Source: Eledone cirrhosa
Lineage: Eukaryota
Assembly: GCA_964016885.1 (NCBI GenBank)
Contig: OZ024750.1
Span: 186,001-250,000, forward strand
Length of the DNA: 64,000 bases
Reading direction: 5' to 3'
The stretch's first letter is position 1, and every line of letters starts with the position of its first letter. The notes beneath the pieces are model-generated. The model was given only the letters and a program-made list of their open reading frames with translations. It was not told where the DNA came from and did no database searches. A program made the translations under genes and the position numbers. Shown here in pieces: positions 1 through 13,374 of this stretch.

Positions 1-240
1 AAGGGTCCGTCGAGCTGCCGATTATAGAGTCAGGTAAGATCGATACAGATCAAACCTTGAGCGAATCAGTGGCGAAACGCGCGTCACCTACTAATAAATG
101 TGATGGAGTAACCAATCGTCCTTGTTATCCTTTCAATATATTACACTCTGTATAGCTCTACACCTCAACACAGAAGTGAACCTAAACATCGAGTGCTCAC
201 CTGGGTGAACCTGCAGTAACTCCAAGTTACACTCCCTAGA
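1..240 (+). mobile_element. Penelope-like terminal fragment with a hammerhead-like motif
   Basis: ggt-CCGTCGA-gctgc...gtggc-GAAA-cgcgcg-TC-acc (4-88), AATAAA at 93-98, abuts (TA)n; related copy at 30862-31000. Confidence 0.5.
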
Positions 241-348
241 TATATATATATATATATAAGTTTGGTGTTTCACCACTGGGTAGAATTGGTCATTCTGCAA
301 TGTTAAACAGGATGTAATAGTAGGTAGTGCAGGAATGTCATTTTACTC

Positions 349-402
<54 letters not shown>

Positions 403-706
403 GCGCACACATATATATATATATATATATATACGCAGAGAGAGAGGGAGAGAGAGAGAGAGAGAGAGAGAGAAAGGTCCAAATCTTTTGAAAGCGTTAG
501 TAAATATATAAGTTAGGTAAAGCATTTCCTCTTCATTTTCCAATTCCTACTTTGATAAGAATATATTATAGCAGAAAAGCATTCACCACTTATACTTGCC
601 TAAAATATTTAATATTATAGAATTTATACTGTAAGATATTAACTGTATAATGGTGTATATTGTATCATGTACATATATCTTCTTTTTCTATATGACTATT
701 TTCCAG

Positions 707-813
707 TATTCAATGATATTGAAAAATATGCCCCTGGATTTAAATCAAGTATCATAGGATATGATCTTTTGTCACCACCAGATCTTGAAAGTATTTTTGG
801 ACTTACAGGAGGG
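707..813 (+). CDS. PYROXD2: PYROXD2-like oxidoreductase, antepenultimate coding exon
   Basis: ttccag|TATTC...GGAGGG|gtgagt splice sites; encodes (V)[35 protein letters not shown], typical of the C-terminus of the PYROXD2/phytoene-desaturase-like family. Confidence 0.9.
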
Positions 814-861
814 GTGAGTTACATTTTATTATACTTAGCTTATGCATGCATGCATAGTCCT

Positions 862-1088
862 GTAACTCCTGCGGAAGTTGTAGGGGGCACTGTATTGGAA
901 TACAGTGTTTCTGGAGCATCTTTAAACCTGGTGGCACCCATCTCCTCTCTAGGTCTGAATACAGCAGATTTCTTCCATAGAAGAAATCTGCTGTATTCAG
1001 ACCTGGAGAGGAGATGGGTGCTGCCAGGTTTAAGTTCTTTAGAAATGTCATGTCATTATAGTACCCCTACGACACCCTCAGCTATTAT
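862..1088. repeat. Long inverted repeat (head-to-head copies of a dispersed repeat) in a PYROXD2 intron
   Basis: Arms around the centre ttcttc-cata-gaagaa are near-perfect over about 65 bp; single-arm relatives at about 20840-20960 and 34130-34275. Confidence 0.85.
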
Positions 1089-1149
1089 GGATCCACAATA
1101 CCCATCCCTGAATGTAATATATGACCCTGTACTAATTGTGTAAGTGTCA

Positions 1150-1337
1150 CAACAAAAAGCACCTAGACCACACTGTAAATGTAGTTGGCATTAGGAAGGA
1201 CATCCAGCCATAGAAACCTAGCCAGAAACAGTTCTATATGAGCAAGACACAGTCACCTGATACAACTTGCCTCTAATGGGACAACCCATCTAACCCATGC
1301 TACATGGAAAATGGACCTTAAACGATGATGATGATGA
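1150..1337 (+). mobile_element. LINE 3'UTR-derived repeat with a (GAT)n tail
   Basis: Matches the 3' end of the LINE at 6290-6460 (...aacccatgc...ggacgttaaacgatgatg); further copies at about 3720-3892 (+) and 13655-13900 (-). Confidence 0.7.
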
Positions 1338-1820
1338 AATAACGTCATAATTATTCTACTGATTCAATAATAATTTCTAAAAGTGACACAAAGGCTATGA
1401 ATTATAAGGAAGGGTAACAGTTGATTTAAACAACCCTATTATTTGCTGAATTATTTAACATTACTGGTTACGTCAATAAAACTTTGACATTTTATTATAT
1501 ATGTTATATGTTAAATTTCTAACATAAAGCCAATTATTAAATGAAATATAATATTCCAATGAAAAATGTTTCCCCTTCTGAGATCATTATTCATTTGTAC
1601 AAAGAGAAAAAGCCCACAGTTCAAGGACATTGGTGATGGTTTCCTTTTACAGAGAAAAATATGGTAAATTTTAACAGGTTTCTACGTGAGGAGGAAAGGC
1701 TAGTACTGATATTTATCTCATCTCTTCACACATTTATTTTAGTTTATGACAGTTATCAGAGGCAGTGGAAAGGAATTCCAGCTGGATCTGGTCAAAGAGG
1801 AACAAAAATGACTTCCATAT

Positions 1821-2017
1821 CAGGCATGTCAAACTGAGGGTCCCCCAGGGGCTATATGGGTCACATATGTGTTGTCTCAGGACAACACACAACTAATTGT
1901 TCACAATACAACTAATTTTTTTTATTTTATATTATGAAGATAAAACATGCTTGTGCTGTAAAAACCTATGTGCGGGCTGCAGGTGTGCTTATAAAGGGCC
2001 ACATGTTGACATGCCTG
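1821..2017. mobile_element. hAT-type MITE
   Basis: TIRs caggcatgtcaa / ttgacatgcctg; degenerate 8-bp TSD ttccatat / ctccacac. Confidence 0.7.
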
Positions 2018-2479
2018 CTCCACACCACATGAGAGGCATCATGTTTGTATTTTAACGTATGCTAAGGGAAGTAGCTCTGAGTTTGTTGTGGTTTGTAATG
2101 TTTGCAACAGTACTGTTGACCTCCCACCACTACCTTGTCTACTAACGTTATTTTTCCAATTCAAGAAAAAATTTAAATATAAATTTGAAAGCAGAGGCAA
2201 CGTAAAGTAGTTCCAGCTAGATCCTGTCAACAAAATCTCCATACAGTTTAAATATAGAGCAAGTCTCTGATTTCCAAATGGCTAAATGTCAGCAGAAGGG
2301 AACCCAGGAGTCATGATCTGGATGCAGCCTGGCCCCCTTACAGCATAAGTTAAGGGCTGAAACACTCGCTTGAGGGAGGTTTATTCTCTGAAGACCTTCT
2401 GCTGTCCAGCTCTCCTGACAGTTTCTTACCACTGGAGCAATTACCACACTGTTAAATTATGTTCCCTTACACACTAATA

Positions 2480-2906
2480 CAGTGGTTCTTAACCTTTTTC
2501 TATTGCGGTATTCCATGAGGTTTGGAAATTCCATCCCACACTCTAGGTCAAGCACATATGACAAAAGAACTTGAATTTTCAGGTCAAATTATCAGCTAGT
2601 TAGCTGCTAATATTTATGATTTATAAATACAAATTTTTGAAAATAACAGAAAATATCCAATAAAAACATTTTAATCTTTTTTTATTATTTTTTTTTTATT
2701 ATTACTTGTCTCACTAGCTCTTTTTGATTATTAACTGTAAGGAGTACTTGATATTTCCCCTAGTCTGTCATAGATTACTAGCTCTATACGGACCTTTAAA
2801 TCGATTAAATAAATAATGTGACTTCTGTTCTTGCTTCTTCTCTGCATTCTCAAGAACTGAATCACACATCCCTTGGGGGTACCGACACCGCAGGGTAAGA
2901 AACACT
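2480..2906. mobile_element. hAT/Charlie-like non-autonomous element
   Basis: Imperfect TIRs cagtggttcttaacc / ggtaagaaacact. Confidence 0.5.
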
Positions 2907-3064
2907 CCACTAACATGGAACAGATGTCAGCTAACAAACAACTCCTCATATATTGTTTTGTATTCTTTTCTTTTTCTTTTTTTATTCTTTTACTGGCTTC
3001 AGTTATTAACTTGTTAACTTATAGATGTTGATTTATGCATATTAATTTTCAAAATATTTTCCAG

Positions 3065-3185
3065 AACATTTTCCATGGCTCTATGAATCTTGACCAGCTA
3101 TATTCAGGTAGACCAACAGTTTCTTTGTGTAGTCACAGATCACCTATTTCTGGTCTCTATCTCTGTGGAAGTGGAGCACACCCAG
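3065..3185 (+). CDS. PYROXD2: PYROXD2-like, penultimate coding exon
   Basis: ccag|AAC...CCAG|gtatgt; [40 protein letters not shown]; phase 0 joins the previous exon in frame. Confidence 0.92.
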
Positions 3186-4170
3186 GTATGTTTTTTTTTT
3201 TTTTTATTGAATGATATTCCATTGAATTAGCAGAATGATGAAGGACCTTAGCATCTGACATATCAAAGTTTTTCAACTCATTAAAACAGCCAAATATATT
3301 AACAGCTACTGGCTTTCTTGGATTTACTATTACTGCTGTTGCTGATACAGTCCAAGGGCTGACACCTGGGTATTCAGCACCCCAGCTAAGGATTACAATG
3401 TGCACTCCTTTTTACCAAATAACTAACCATCATATTTGTGACCATATCACTATCCACCACCTGTGACCCATTCTCAAATTAATGTTTAGAACATAACTTA
3501 AAGTTTTTAAAATAAAATTTTGATAGGAGGTTTTTGAATGAAAATAAATAATTTAAAATGTGAGGCTTTGTATCATAGAATCATGAATGATTTCAGATGG
3601 CTTCGTATCAAAAAGGTTAAAGTAAAAAACAATAAGTTACACACATAGCTGACAAAAGTTTAAGCTATATGACATGGTAAACAACACCTAGTCCACACAG
3701 GAAACTAGTCATTTTGGTGCCATGATAAAAGGCACCTAGTTCATGCTGTAAATGTGGTTGCCGTTAGGAAGGGCATCCAGCCGTAGATACCAAGCCAGAA
3801 ATAGTTCTGTATGAGAAAGACAGTCATCTAACCTGACTTGACTCATAACTCATGCTAGCGTGGAAAAATGAGTGTTAAACAGTGATGATGATACTATTAG
3901 TCATTCTTTAATTTAAACAGGGATGGTTGGAGCTAAAGGACAACAGATTTTCATTTGATTTCAGTGGATCTTAGTAAACATAACTGAAATGACATCAGTT
4001 GAGAAGAGGAACTAAGTTAGATTGCAGACTTGATCCATCATCCAGTCTAATAACACCACTTGATCCATACAAGTTTCAAATCCCATCTATTTATTATTTT
4101 GCATATCTTCTTCATCTACCTTTTGTGATTTTTATGTAATTAATTATTTAATATTTCCTCTTTGATGTAG

Positions 4171-4241
4171 GTGGTGGTGTGATGGGTGCATCAGGGAAAC
4201 TTGCAGCTGAAAAACTTTTGAAAGATCTAAAGAAACTTTAG
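4171..4241 (+). CDS. PYROXD2: PYROXD2-like, terminal coding exon
   Basis: tgtag|GTGGT...; phase 1 matches the previous exon; GGGVMGASGKLAAEKLLKDLKKL*, completing the GAHPGGGVMGA motif. Confidence 0.92.
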
Positions 4242-4422
4242 TGAAAATAATGCCAATGCCTTCCTAAATTCATCTCTCTTTCTTGGAGCAGAGACATTTT
4301 TATTATTCCATTCCCATCTAGGATATATTATAGGAATATTAATACCCCAGAGTAACTGACTCATATTTCATTTTATTGGCCCCAGAAAGATAAAAGTCAA
4401 GGCTGAACTCCGGCTGGTTCAA

Positions 4423-4623
4423 TACAAGGGTCAGCTGAAAAGTTCATAGGCTGATCAAGATACTTTCATGAAATGACCAAATGAGGGTTATTTTTCAACA
4501 TAGTTCCTTGAAAAAAACGATTTAGTTATTCATCAAAAGAGTTGAAATTAATATATGCAAGATTTCACAGCCCGAGCATCATTCCTTCATAGTCAGCCTA
4601 TGAGTATTTCAGCCATCCTTGTA
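4423..4623. mobile_element. Mariner-type MITE
   Basis: TA-flanked TIRs tacaagggtcagctgaaaagttcataggctga / tcagcctatgagtatttcagccatccttgta; same family at 42437-42639 and 49684-49903, partial copy at about 5045-5110. Confidence 0.8.
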
Positions 4624-5157
4624 CATTTTATTTGACTCTAGAATGATTCTGACAATGGAAATACAAATAATCAAAACTTACATGAGAAAAAATACAAATT
4701 TGTTTCAAAATTGCTTGTTGATATATTGATTTGTTTGTTTATTGATTGATTTCTTTCAATCTTAACCTCTAAGATCCTGTAGTTTATGGAACGACCCCCC
4801 CCCCCCCTTCGATCACCATTACAACCATCACCACGACCACCACTACTACCACCAGATCCTGTTGTTTTAAAAGTGATGACCAAGGTCTTGTAGTTTCAGA
4901 AATGACAAAATGCAATGTTCTGACATTCCCCACCACTACTACCACTATCATCACCACTACCACCAACATCAATGTCCAGACATTCCCCCTTCCCACCACT
5001 CCTAGCAGAAGTGTGAAGTAAGTATATCTCCCCAATACCACCATCTCATTTGGTCACATTCCATGAGAGTATCTTGGTCAGCCTATGAACTTGTCAGTCA
5101 ACCTTCATATATGAAAATATACTGAGAATTGAAACTGTTTTATCTTACTAGCTTGCC

Positions 5158-5275
5158 AAGAATTTATCATTTTCTTTCATAGAAATTATCATTTTCTTTC
5201 ATAGAAATTATCATTTTTTTTCATAGAAATTATCATTTTTTTTTCATAGAAATTATTTTCTTTAAGAGAAATTAT
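5158..5275. repeat. Minisatellite, about 22-24 bp unit (agaaattatcattttctttcat) x ~5
   Basis: Direct inspection. Confidence 0.85.
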
Positions 5276-5422
5276 AGAATTTTCCCAAATAGGAGTAGGA
5301 TTGGTTATAGTTGATTCCATTGAGTGAAAGGCAAAGTTGGGCTCCCAATGAGATTTTAACCAAAGGGCATAATAGAGACATTTTCATTTTTATTAACTCA
5401 CCAACATTTCATTATTGGTATA

Positions 5423-5465
<43 letters not shown>

Positions 5466-5467
<2 letters not shown>

Positions 5468-6457
5468 CGCAGAGGGTTCTATAGAAATAGTGGACAGCTT
5501 CCGTTACCTGGGTGACAAAATCAGCAGTGGGGGAGGGTGCTCTGAAAATACAGTAGCTAGAGTCAGAACTGGATGGAAAAAGTTCAGAGAGCTTATACCA
5601 CTATTAGCCGCTAAAGGGTTCTCCCTAAAAATGAAAGGCAGGTTGTACGATGCCTGCATACGAACAGCAATGTTGCATGGCAGTGAGACCTGGGCATTGT
5701 GTGCAGAGGATATACGCAGACTAGAGAGAAACGAAGCTTGCATGCTCCGCTGGATGTGTAATAGTAATATACGTGAACGGCAAAGCATAAACGAACTAAG
5801 GAAAAAATTAGACATAAGAGGGATCAGATGTTGTTTACTCGAGAGAAGGCTACGTTGGTATGGTCACGTGATGCGCATGAAGGACGATAGCTGTATAACA
5901 AAGTGCAGGGCAATAAAGATAGACGGTAGCCACGGAATAGGCAGACCCAGAAAAACCTGGGACGAACTGATAAATTCCGACCTCACACACTTACACCTCA
6001 CCAAGACAATGTCACTGGACCGAGACCTTTGGCGGTACTCAGTAATAGAGAAGACCCGCCTTACCTAAATACAAAGTAAAACCTACTGCAGTCAGTAGGC
6101 ATCTCTAACAAAATACACCCCCGTCCCCCCCCACCCCACCCCACCCATCCACACCGCCCCTTTCAATGTAAAGTTATGTTGGTGCCACAACATCCAGGCC
6201 GAAACAAATGAGATCGTGTAGGTGTCACGTCAAAAAAACACACCGTTCACGCTGTAATGTGGCCGTGTAGGCAACACGGTAAAAACCTCCCAGCCCCACA
6301 CTGTAAATGTGGTTGGTGTTAGGAAGGGCATCCAGCTGTAGAAAACCCGCCAGATAGTCCTATGCGAGCAAGATAATCACTCTTGCCTCAAGTGGGAAAA
6401 CCCCCGTCCAAACCCATGCAAGCGTGGAATACGGACGTTAAACGATGATGATGATGA

Positions 6458-6460
<3 letters not shown>
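5466..6460 (+). mobile_element. 5'-truncated RTE-type LINE (post-RT C-terminus plus 3'UTR) within (TA)n
   Basis: IEIVDSFRYLG...MLHGSETW...RRLRWYGHVMRM...GRPRKTW; (GAT)n tail; (TA)n on both sides. Confidence 0.88.
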
Positions 6461-6506
<46 letters not shown>

Positions 6507-7164
6507 CGAAATAAATGATGTACATGAAATTACATAATGGCTAAGTTCACATTTTCCCCAAACAAATCTGCCGGCAATAGAGATAGCTTGAAATATTGTT
6601 TAAAGATTGTGTTTTTATTTAATCAGACAATAAGTATTTAGAATAAAATTACATAAAAACATAAAGAATTTAATATTTAAATGAAGCATTAGGAATACGT
6701 ATTTATCTGCTATCAACATAAACTGCTTGATATTACATAAATATGGAAGAGAAGCAAGAATGAGTTACTCTATTCCTCCTGGTCTCTAATTGTGCCAGCA
6801 TGGAAATGATGATGACAGTGGTGATGAAGATAGTGGTGATGACGACAATGATGATGAATCTCTGATGTGGCATGTCATACTCGAGGTAGTTTGTCTGACG
6901 TCAATGCTGTAATGTTTAAGTTATCTGTGAGTTGAATAGTTTAATTAAACATGGCATTCCACCATGGAACAATAAAGATGCTGAAAGAATTTTTAATAAT
7001 TGGCTTTTCCTGTTTATTTATTTAACGTCCTTATAGAACTAGTACCCATGACAGATTAGGGGTGGTGTATCTAGTGCCGCTTACAGTTAAGAAACAAAAG
7101 CTATATATATTTATAGAGAGAGAGAGTTAAAGAATGAAGATTAACATGGTTGGCTGTACAATAA

Positions 7165-7330
7165 GGGCTTTATTTAAAGTACTGACAATTGTTTCGTTGA
7201 TCAAGTGGGTCTAGAATTTGCTAATCGCTTGAGGTTGCGTTATTCGATCTCCAATACATTATTCACCTATGGTCAACACATCAGAGTATGTAGATATGAA
7301 AATAATTCACTCAAGGCAAGACTTATATAG
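7165..7330 (-). mobile_element. Penelope-like terminus with a hammerhead-like motif
   Basis: Minus strand: tact-CTGATGT-gttga...tcaac-GAAA-caattg-TC-agta (7288 to 7180), followed by AATAAA. Confidence 0.55.
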
Positions 7331-7847
7331 AGAAATAGCTTATAATTAAAACAATAACATCAATAATAATACACGTATGGTAAATAGGTAGAGAAGTTAC
7401 AGATGTAAAAATTAAAAGTAGAATATAAGATAGTGTACATTAAAAAGTAAGAAAATGAGAGAATGGAAAATATAAAAAGATAAATAAATAAGTGATAAAT
7501 AAATAAGTACATAGTAGTAGTTTTTGAGTAAGTGTTCTTATAAGGATTCGTTGGTGGGAAACTAGATTTGAGATGTACATAGATACGTGTAGAGGGTCCG
7601 ATAAAAGAGACAATAAATTAGAGATTAATTGCTGGATGTATGTATGATATTTATGGGCTAGGGATGATGGGACATTTGATAAACGCTTGTTGTAAATAGC
7701 AAAACATTTAACTAGTCTTTTATGCCGGCATCAACACTTAGTTTAAATATATAAAATGAATTCTACATTAAGTCATAGATTAGTTCTCATGAAATAGTAA
7801 TCATATTTTAATTAACTCATTAATATCTCAGTGATAACTTGTCCTTA

Positions 7848-8745
7848 TCAGTTCACACACTCCTTCCATCGATGTTGCAATGCTGGGATCCCATTGCCGA
7901 AGAAACTTTCATCCTGTTGGTCAAAAAAGTCATCGTCAGCAGTATAACGTCCTCATCACTGCGATACTGGTTCCCAAGCCAAGAGTATTTTTCATGTTAG
8001 GGAACAGATGATAGTCAGATAGGGCCAAATCAGAACAACCAATTTAAAGTCACAGTCATGCACAGCAGCCATAGAAACCAAGGACTTGTGTATTGGAGCA
8101 TTGTTCTGATGAAACAAGACCCTTTTAGTCAATTTTCCAGGATGTTTGGTCTTGATAATCTTTCGTAACTGCCTCAGCAAGTTGGCATAGTACCCTCCAT
8201 TGATGGCGTTGCCCTTTTGAAGATAGTCAATAAACACAATACTTTTGCATCCCAAAAATTGAGGCCATCATCTTCCCTGCAGATGAAATGACATTGGCCT
8301 TCTTTAGAGCAGGTGAGGAGGGGTATTTCCACTGCATGGATTGTCTCTTTGGCTCTGGCTAAAAGTGATGAACCCAACATTCATCTTGGGTTAGGAAACG
8401 TTCAAGGAAATCAGCTGAATCGGTCTCAAACAATGTCAGATATTCCCGTGATGAGATCAGCCTGTGCGCTTTTGATCATGTGTCAGAGGATGTGGGATCC
8501 ACTGAGCTGAAACCTTCATCATGCCAAGTTCATTGTGCAGAATATTCTCAACTCTCTCAAGGGATATGCTAATAGCATTGGCTATTTGATTTATCGTTAA
8601 TCCCTTGCCATCCATTACCATGTGGTGAATACGACTAATGTTTTCCTCGGTGGTGTAGTTGCAGGACATCCAGACCTTGGGTCATCTTCAAAACTCTCCC
8701 TTCCTCTCCTAAATAAGCGATCACATCTTTTAACAGTAAGCTACT
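7848..8745 (-). pseudogene. Decayed mariner transposase
   Basis: Frameshifted pieces: HTH (LTINQIANAISISLERVENILHNELGM), WIPHPLT (~WVPHEL), IDYLQKGNAING, FHQNNAPIH, SDYHLFP. Confidence 0.88.
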
Positions 8746-9654
8746 GCGATCAACTTTGCCATTGTATAGAAGATTTAATGGCGGAGAAATTTTACGGAGA
8801 AATTTCAGCCTGGGGCCGATGGGAATGCCGGGAGCTGAGTCCATTGTGAAGATAGACCTGCCATCTTTTTTAGTCAGGAAGAACAGATAGTTTTCATCTG
8901 CCTGGTGACCATAGCGAAAGAGGTTGTGTGGTGGAAGCGATTGAGAGGGTTGAGGACAAGCACGTTCCTCTTCGACGAAACTCTGATACACTTTTTCAGG
9001 TTTCACTTGAAGAGAAAAATCAGGGTGAGAAGGGAAGCGCTGCTTTCCAAGAAGTTTGTTGAAGAGTGAGTGAGAGTGGGTCTGCTCTGAGTAAGCGCCT
9101 GTGGATTGGAGAAGGAACACTGTGTGGGGGGGCACTAGACCTAGGTTTGTGTAACTGTTTGTTTGTTTTGTGAACTTTCTCCACGAGTGTCACTCAGAGA
9201 TTTCCATTCCCTCCATTGGGGAAGTAACCCTCGGAGATCTTGCCTCTAATGGGAAAGCATCGCCTTGTTTAGATTTTTGCATGTTTGTTCTGTTCTCACA
9301 TGTTTTTACACAAAAAACCCACAGTATATTATTCTGCGCAGTCCTGTACTGTCCCGTGGTGTCTTAATTTCAGTTCTGTCTGGATAATAAAGAATTCATT
9401 ATTATCTCAGAAATATTTCAGACTACAGCTAAATTTATATTCTTATACAAAACTAACATTACCGAATCTAGTTTCTAAATCAAGGTTCTAAATTGAAAGA
9501 AACATTTGTAATTTTTATCATATGGAATAAAAAAAATACTATTTATCAGTTAGTTAATGTCCCAGTGAAGAGAGAGAGAGAGAGAGAGAGAATAGTGCGT
9601 TACATGGAAGCGGAGGGTGGGTCTTTATTAAAATAGGAACAGAAACATACATAC

Positions 9655-10258
9655 ATTCATGATGGCTGCCCCCTCGTCATCGAGTATGGCCATTGCATGA
9701 TATAACATTATTAATAATTATTAATTCTATTGTGCAATGCCTGTGTGTGAAGATATTTTTTAAAGTGAGGAAAGACTGTGCACTGAGCCAATCCCACTCT
9801 CTGAGCAACAATAGCTATAACCTGAAAAGAAGAAAAGATCAACATCATCGGTAACTACTGAGCCGCAGGTTTTATATCGGAGTTATCCCAGTTTCTTGAG
9901 TTGCCTTCTCCTAGAAGAATGCCCTGACAAAGTCTAGGGGTCCTTCCCTCCCAGTGATTTAACAGCACGATCGGGTGTCCAGCCCGACTATTTCTATGTC
10001 CCCGCGTATATACATACACATGCACCCATGTATATATACATGTACATATACATATTTACACACTTTCGTATGGCTGTTGACTCTTATGAGTTCTTCCGCC
10101 CTTTGTCAGGTTTTGTTTTTTGTCCTGCAGGGTGTCCAAAATCACCCTCCTCACCAAGTAAACTTGGTGGGGTTGCCGGTTTAGTCGCCGACGACCCGAC
10201 CATGTGACAGGTTGTACTGGGTTATATGTTACTAGTAGCACTCAAGAGTGACCCGACA
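9655..10258 (-). mobile_element. Non-autonomous RTE-related retroelement (divergent relative of the 47818-48425 family)
   Basis: Shares the 3' terminus gatggctgcc..ctcgtcatcgagtatggcc with the RTE LINE, and 5' and body similarity with the 47818 element. Confidence 0.65.
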
Positions 10259-10270
10259 CATACATACATA

Positions 10271-12970
10271 CATGATGGCTGCCTCCTCGTTATCGAGTAT
10301 GGCCATTCCACAAGAAACCCCCCCCCCCCCATTAATAATAACGACAACAACAACAATAATAATATACATATATATACACACACACGCACACACGATAGCA
10401 ATTAACAGCGCTGCGATCGAATGTGGCTTTTTAGTCCAGCCAATGATTTAAAATGTCTTGCACAGAGTTGGCAACCAAAACATTCACTGGGAATAGCCGG
10501 CTGTGGTTGGAGTTAATGTACTTTTGCATGTCACTTGAGCCCTCCTGCTGATTTACATTCTCTACCACATGCTTGGCAAGCATAATGAGTAGCATCTCCA
10601 ACAGCAGCCTGGTAGTCAACCACTGATCTCACTTTATGACTGCGAAGATGACTTTCGAGTCCAGCTTTGCTTAGGCAGAGTCTCGCACAGACACTGCATG
10701 TCAGCGCCATAGGAGGACCTTCGCCGTCTGCAAATGCAACAGTAATGTCCTTCCTCACATCCCGCTTTACTTTCTCGTATGCGATTCGAGATGCCTCAAA
10801 GACAACTTTCCCCTCATAATAAGTATTTCTCCATTTATTACGATCAGCAGCAACATTTTCCCATGTATCAGCAGAGATGTTAGCGTCTTTCAAGGAATCC
10901 TCATGCCTCTTTTTTGGTTTATGTGGAGGTCGTTTTCCTTTAACTAACTCTCCATAAAAGAGTTGTTTTGGTATTCTAGAATCCTTCATCCTGGCAAAGT
11001 GACCACTCCAATGGAGTCTTTGCTTAAGGACAAGAGCTTCTATACTGTCACACATAGAGCTTTCCAAAATCTCGACATCACTGATGTGGTCCCTCCAGTA
11101 AACGCCATGGATCCAGCTGAGACACATCTGATGAAAACGCTCCAATTGCTTAAGGTGGTGTCGATATGTGACCCAGGTCTCGCAGGCATAAAGAAGAGAA
11201 GAGAGCACACATGCCTTGTACACCTTTACCTTTGTCTTCTTGCATATGTCTCGCCGACCCCAGAGTCGCCTTTCTAGCTTTCCGAAAGCATCACTTGCTT
11301 TCCTAATCCTAAGTGGGATTTCATTATCAAGGTTGCTGTATCGATTGACAGTGCTTCCCAGGTAGACAAACTGATCAACCACTCCAAGTCGTTTACCATA
11401 CACATAGATATTTGGTTCACTGTACTGCCTACCAGGGGCAGGTTGGTACATGACAACAGTTTTCTTGAGACTGACAGTCAATCCTAGGGCAGTGCAAGCA
11501 TCAGAAAATGTATTCAAAATGTGCTGCATATCACTCTCTGTGTGCGCTACAAGATCGCAATCATTTGCATACAAGAGGTCTCTTATGATTGATGTAAATA
11601 CTTTTGTTTTTGTAGCAAAGCGCCTGATGTTAAATATGCTGCCTGAGGTTCAATATTGGATGTAAACACCATGCTCGCAGTTCCTGAATGCAATATAGAA
11701 AACCATTGCAAAGTATATGGCAAACAGGGCCGGTGCTGGAATATCCCCATGTTTCACTCCATTTTTTACTGAGATAGGCTCCAACATTAACGCAAGCCTT
11801 CATGTTGTCATGGAAAGACCTAACCAAAGCAAGGAACTTATCAGGGCAACCAAGTTTCTGGAGAACCTTCCATAATGCATTGCTGTTAACAGTATCGAAA
11901 GCTTTTGTCAGATCGATAAAAACCTGATACAGATCCAAACCTTGTTCCATGCATTTCTCCTGGAGCTGTCTAGCTGAGAAGATCATATCAGTAGTGCCAC
12001 GGCCAGCACGAAAACCAGATTGACTTTCAGGAAGAACACAATCTGCAATGTGTGTCAGCAGACGGTTCAGAAGCACCCTACATAAAACTTTCCCTACGAC
12101 AGAAAGCAATGATATACCTCTGTAGTTCCCACAATCATTCCTGTTACCCTTTCCCTTGTACAAGACCACCATTACTGCATCTCTCCAGTCCTCAGATACG
12201 GATTCATTAGCCCATATCCTGCCAAACAAAGAGTGAAGATGTTGCAGAAGTCTCTCACCACCATATTGCAGGAGCTCTGCATATATGCCATCCATACCTG
12301 GAGACCTTCCACTGTTCAGCTTCGAGATAGCTACCGCAACCTCCACAAGCGTCAGAGGTTCTGCGAGAGCTACTTTCACAGGATTTTCTGGAATGAGATT
12401 GAAGAAATCTTCATTGACGACAGACAGATGATTCAAAAGATCATCAAAGTGCTCTCGCCACCTTCGTAGAATTCCTTGTGAGTCACAAAGAAGTTCTTTG
12501 CCATCCTTGCTGCGAAGCGGTGTCACCAGAGAAGAAGACGGTTCATAAACTTCACGCAAGAGACTATACAACAGCTTTGTGTTATTGGAGTCTGACGCAG
12601 CTTGTATCTCATCAGCCTTCTCACTCCACCACTGATCCTTCATCTGAGAAAGACTCCGCCTTACACGTGATTTCACATCCTTGAGTTCCTTATGCAACAT
12701 ATTCTTCTCCTGTGGTTTTGCCGTCAAGTAGCGTGACAGAGCACGCCTCTTATCAGCCAACAAGTCTTCTATATATACATCATTCTCATTAAACCAGTCT
12801 TGATGTTTTCTCTGCACCAATCCCAGAACACGCCTGCCTACATCATAAACCAACTTTTTAAGGGTCGGCCAATCCTCACCAAGATCTGCAACCTGCATCT
12901 CTTCTCACAATGTCCTCTTCACATTTTTATCCCTAAGACGAGCAGTATTCAATCTTCTGGGCGGGGTAAC
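10271..12970 (-). mobile_element. RTE-clade LINE, 5'-truncated and frameshifted (RT plus two C-terminal C2H2 fingers)
   Basis: ORFs 11630-12898 (SPGMDGI, NYRGISLLS, QSGFR, FIDLTKAFD) and 10531-11574 (YAND~YADD, LLYACETW, CSVC..H..H, CQAC); (TATG)n tail. Confidence 0.93.
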
Positions 12971-13374
12971 ATACATACATACATACATCCATGTACCAAA
13001 TTCCACCCACAAGGCATTGGTACCAGAGGCTATACGTACAAGCTAAGTGAACCCCTTAACCACAGTCATTTTAAAGTAAAACAAAGACATGACCTACTTG
13101 GAAATATTCTATAACAAAGTGATTTGTGATATTCAACAGAAGTCAATGTATTCAATATTGACTTACAACAACTGGTAACCTATAATTTGTCTCAGTTATA
13201 TTTTTATAAAAGCCCATCCTCACCTTTTACATTGAACACCTTTCCTTATTTTTCCTCTCTCTTATCCTCCTTCTCAATATTGAGTACATTGACTTCTGTT
13301 GAATATTACAAATCACTTGGTTATACAATATTTCTAAGTAGGTCATGTACAACCGACCTTTGTTCATATAGTTA

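Noticed and set aside
667-1143. 158-aa ORF as a standalone gene
   Set aside because: Only 707-813 is exon; the rest is intron read-through into an inverted repeat
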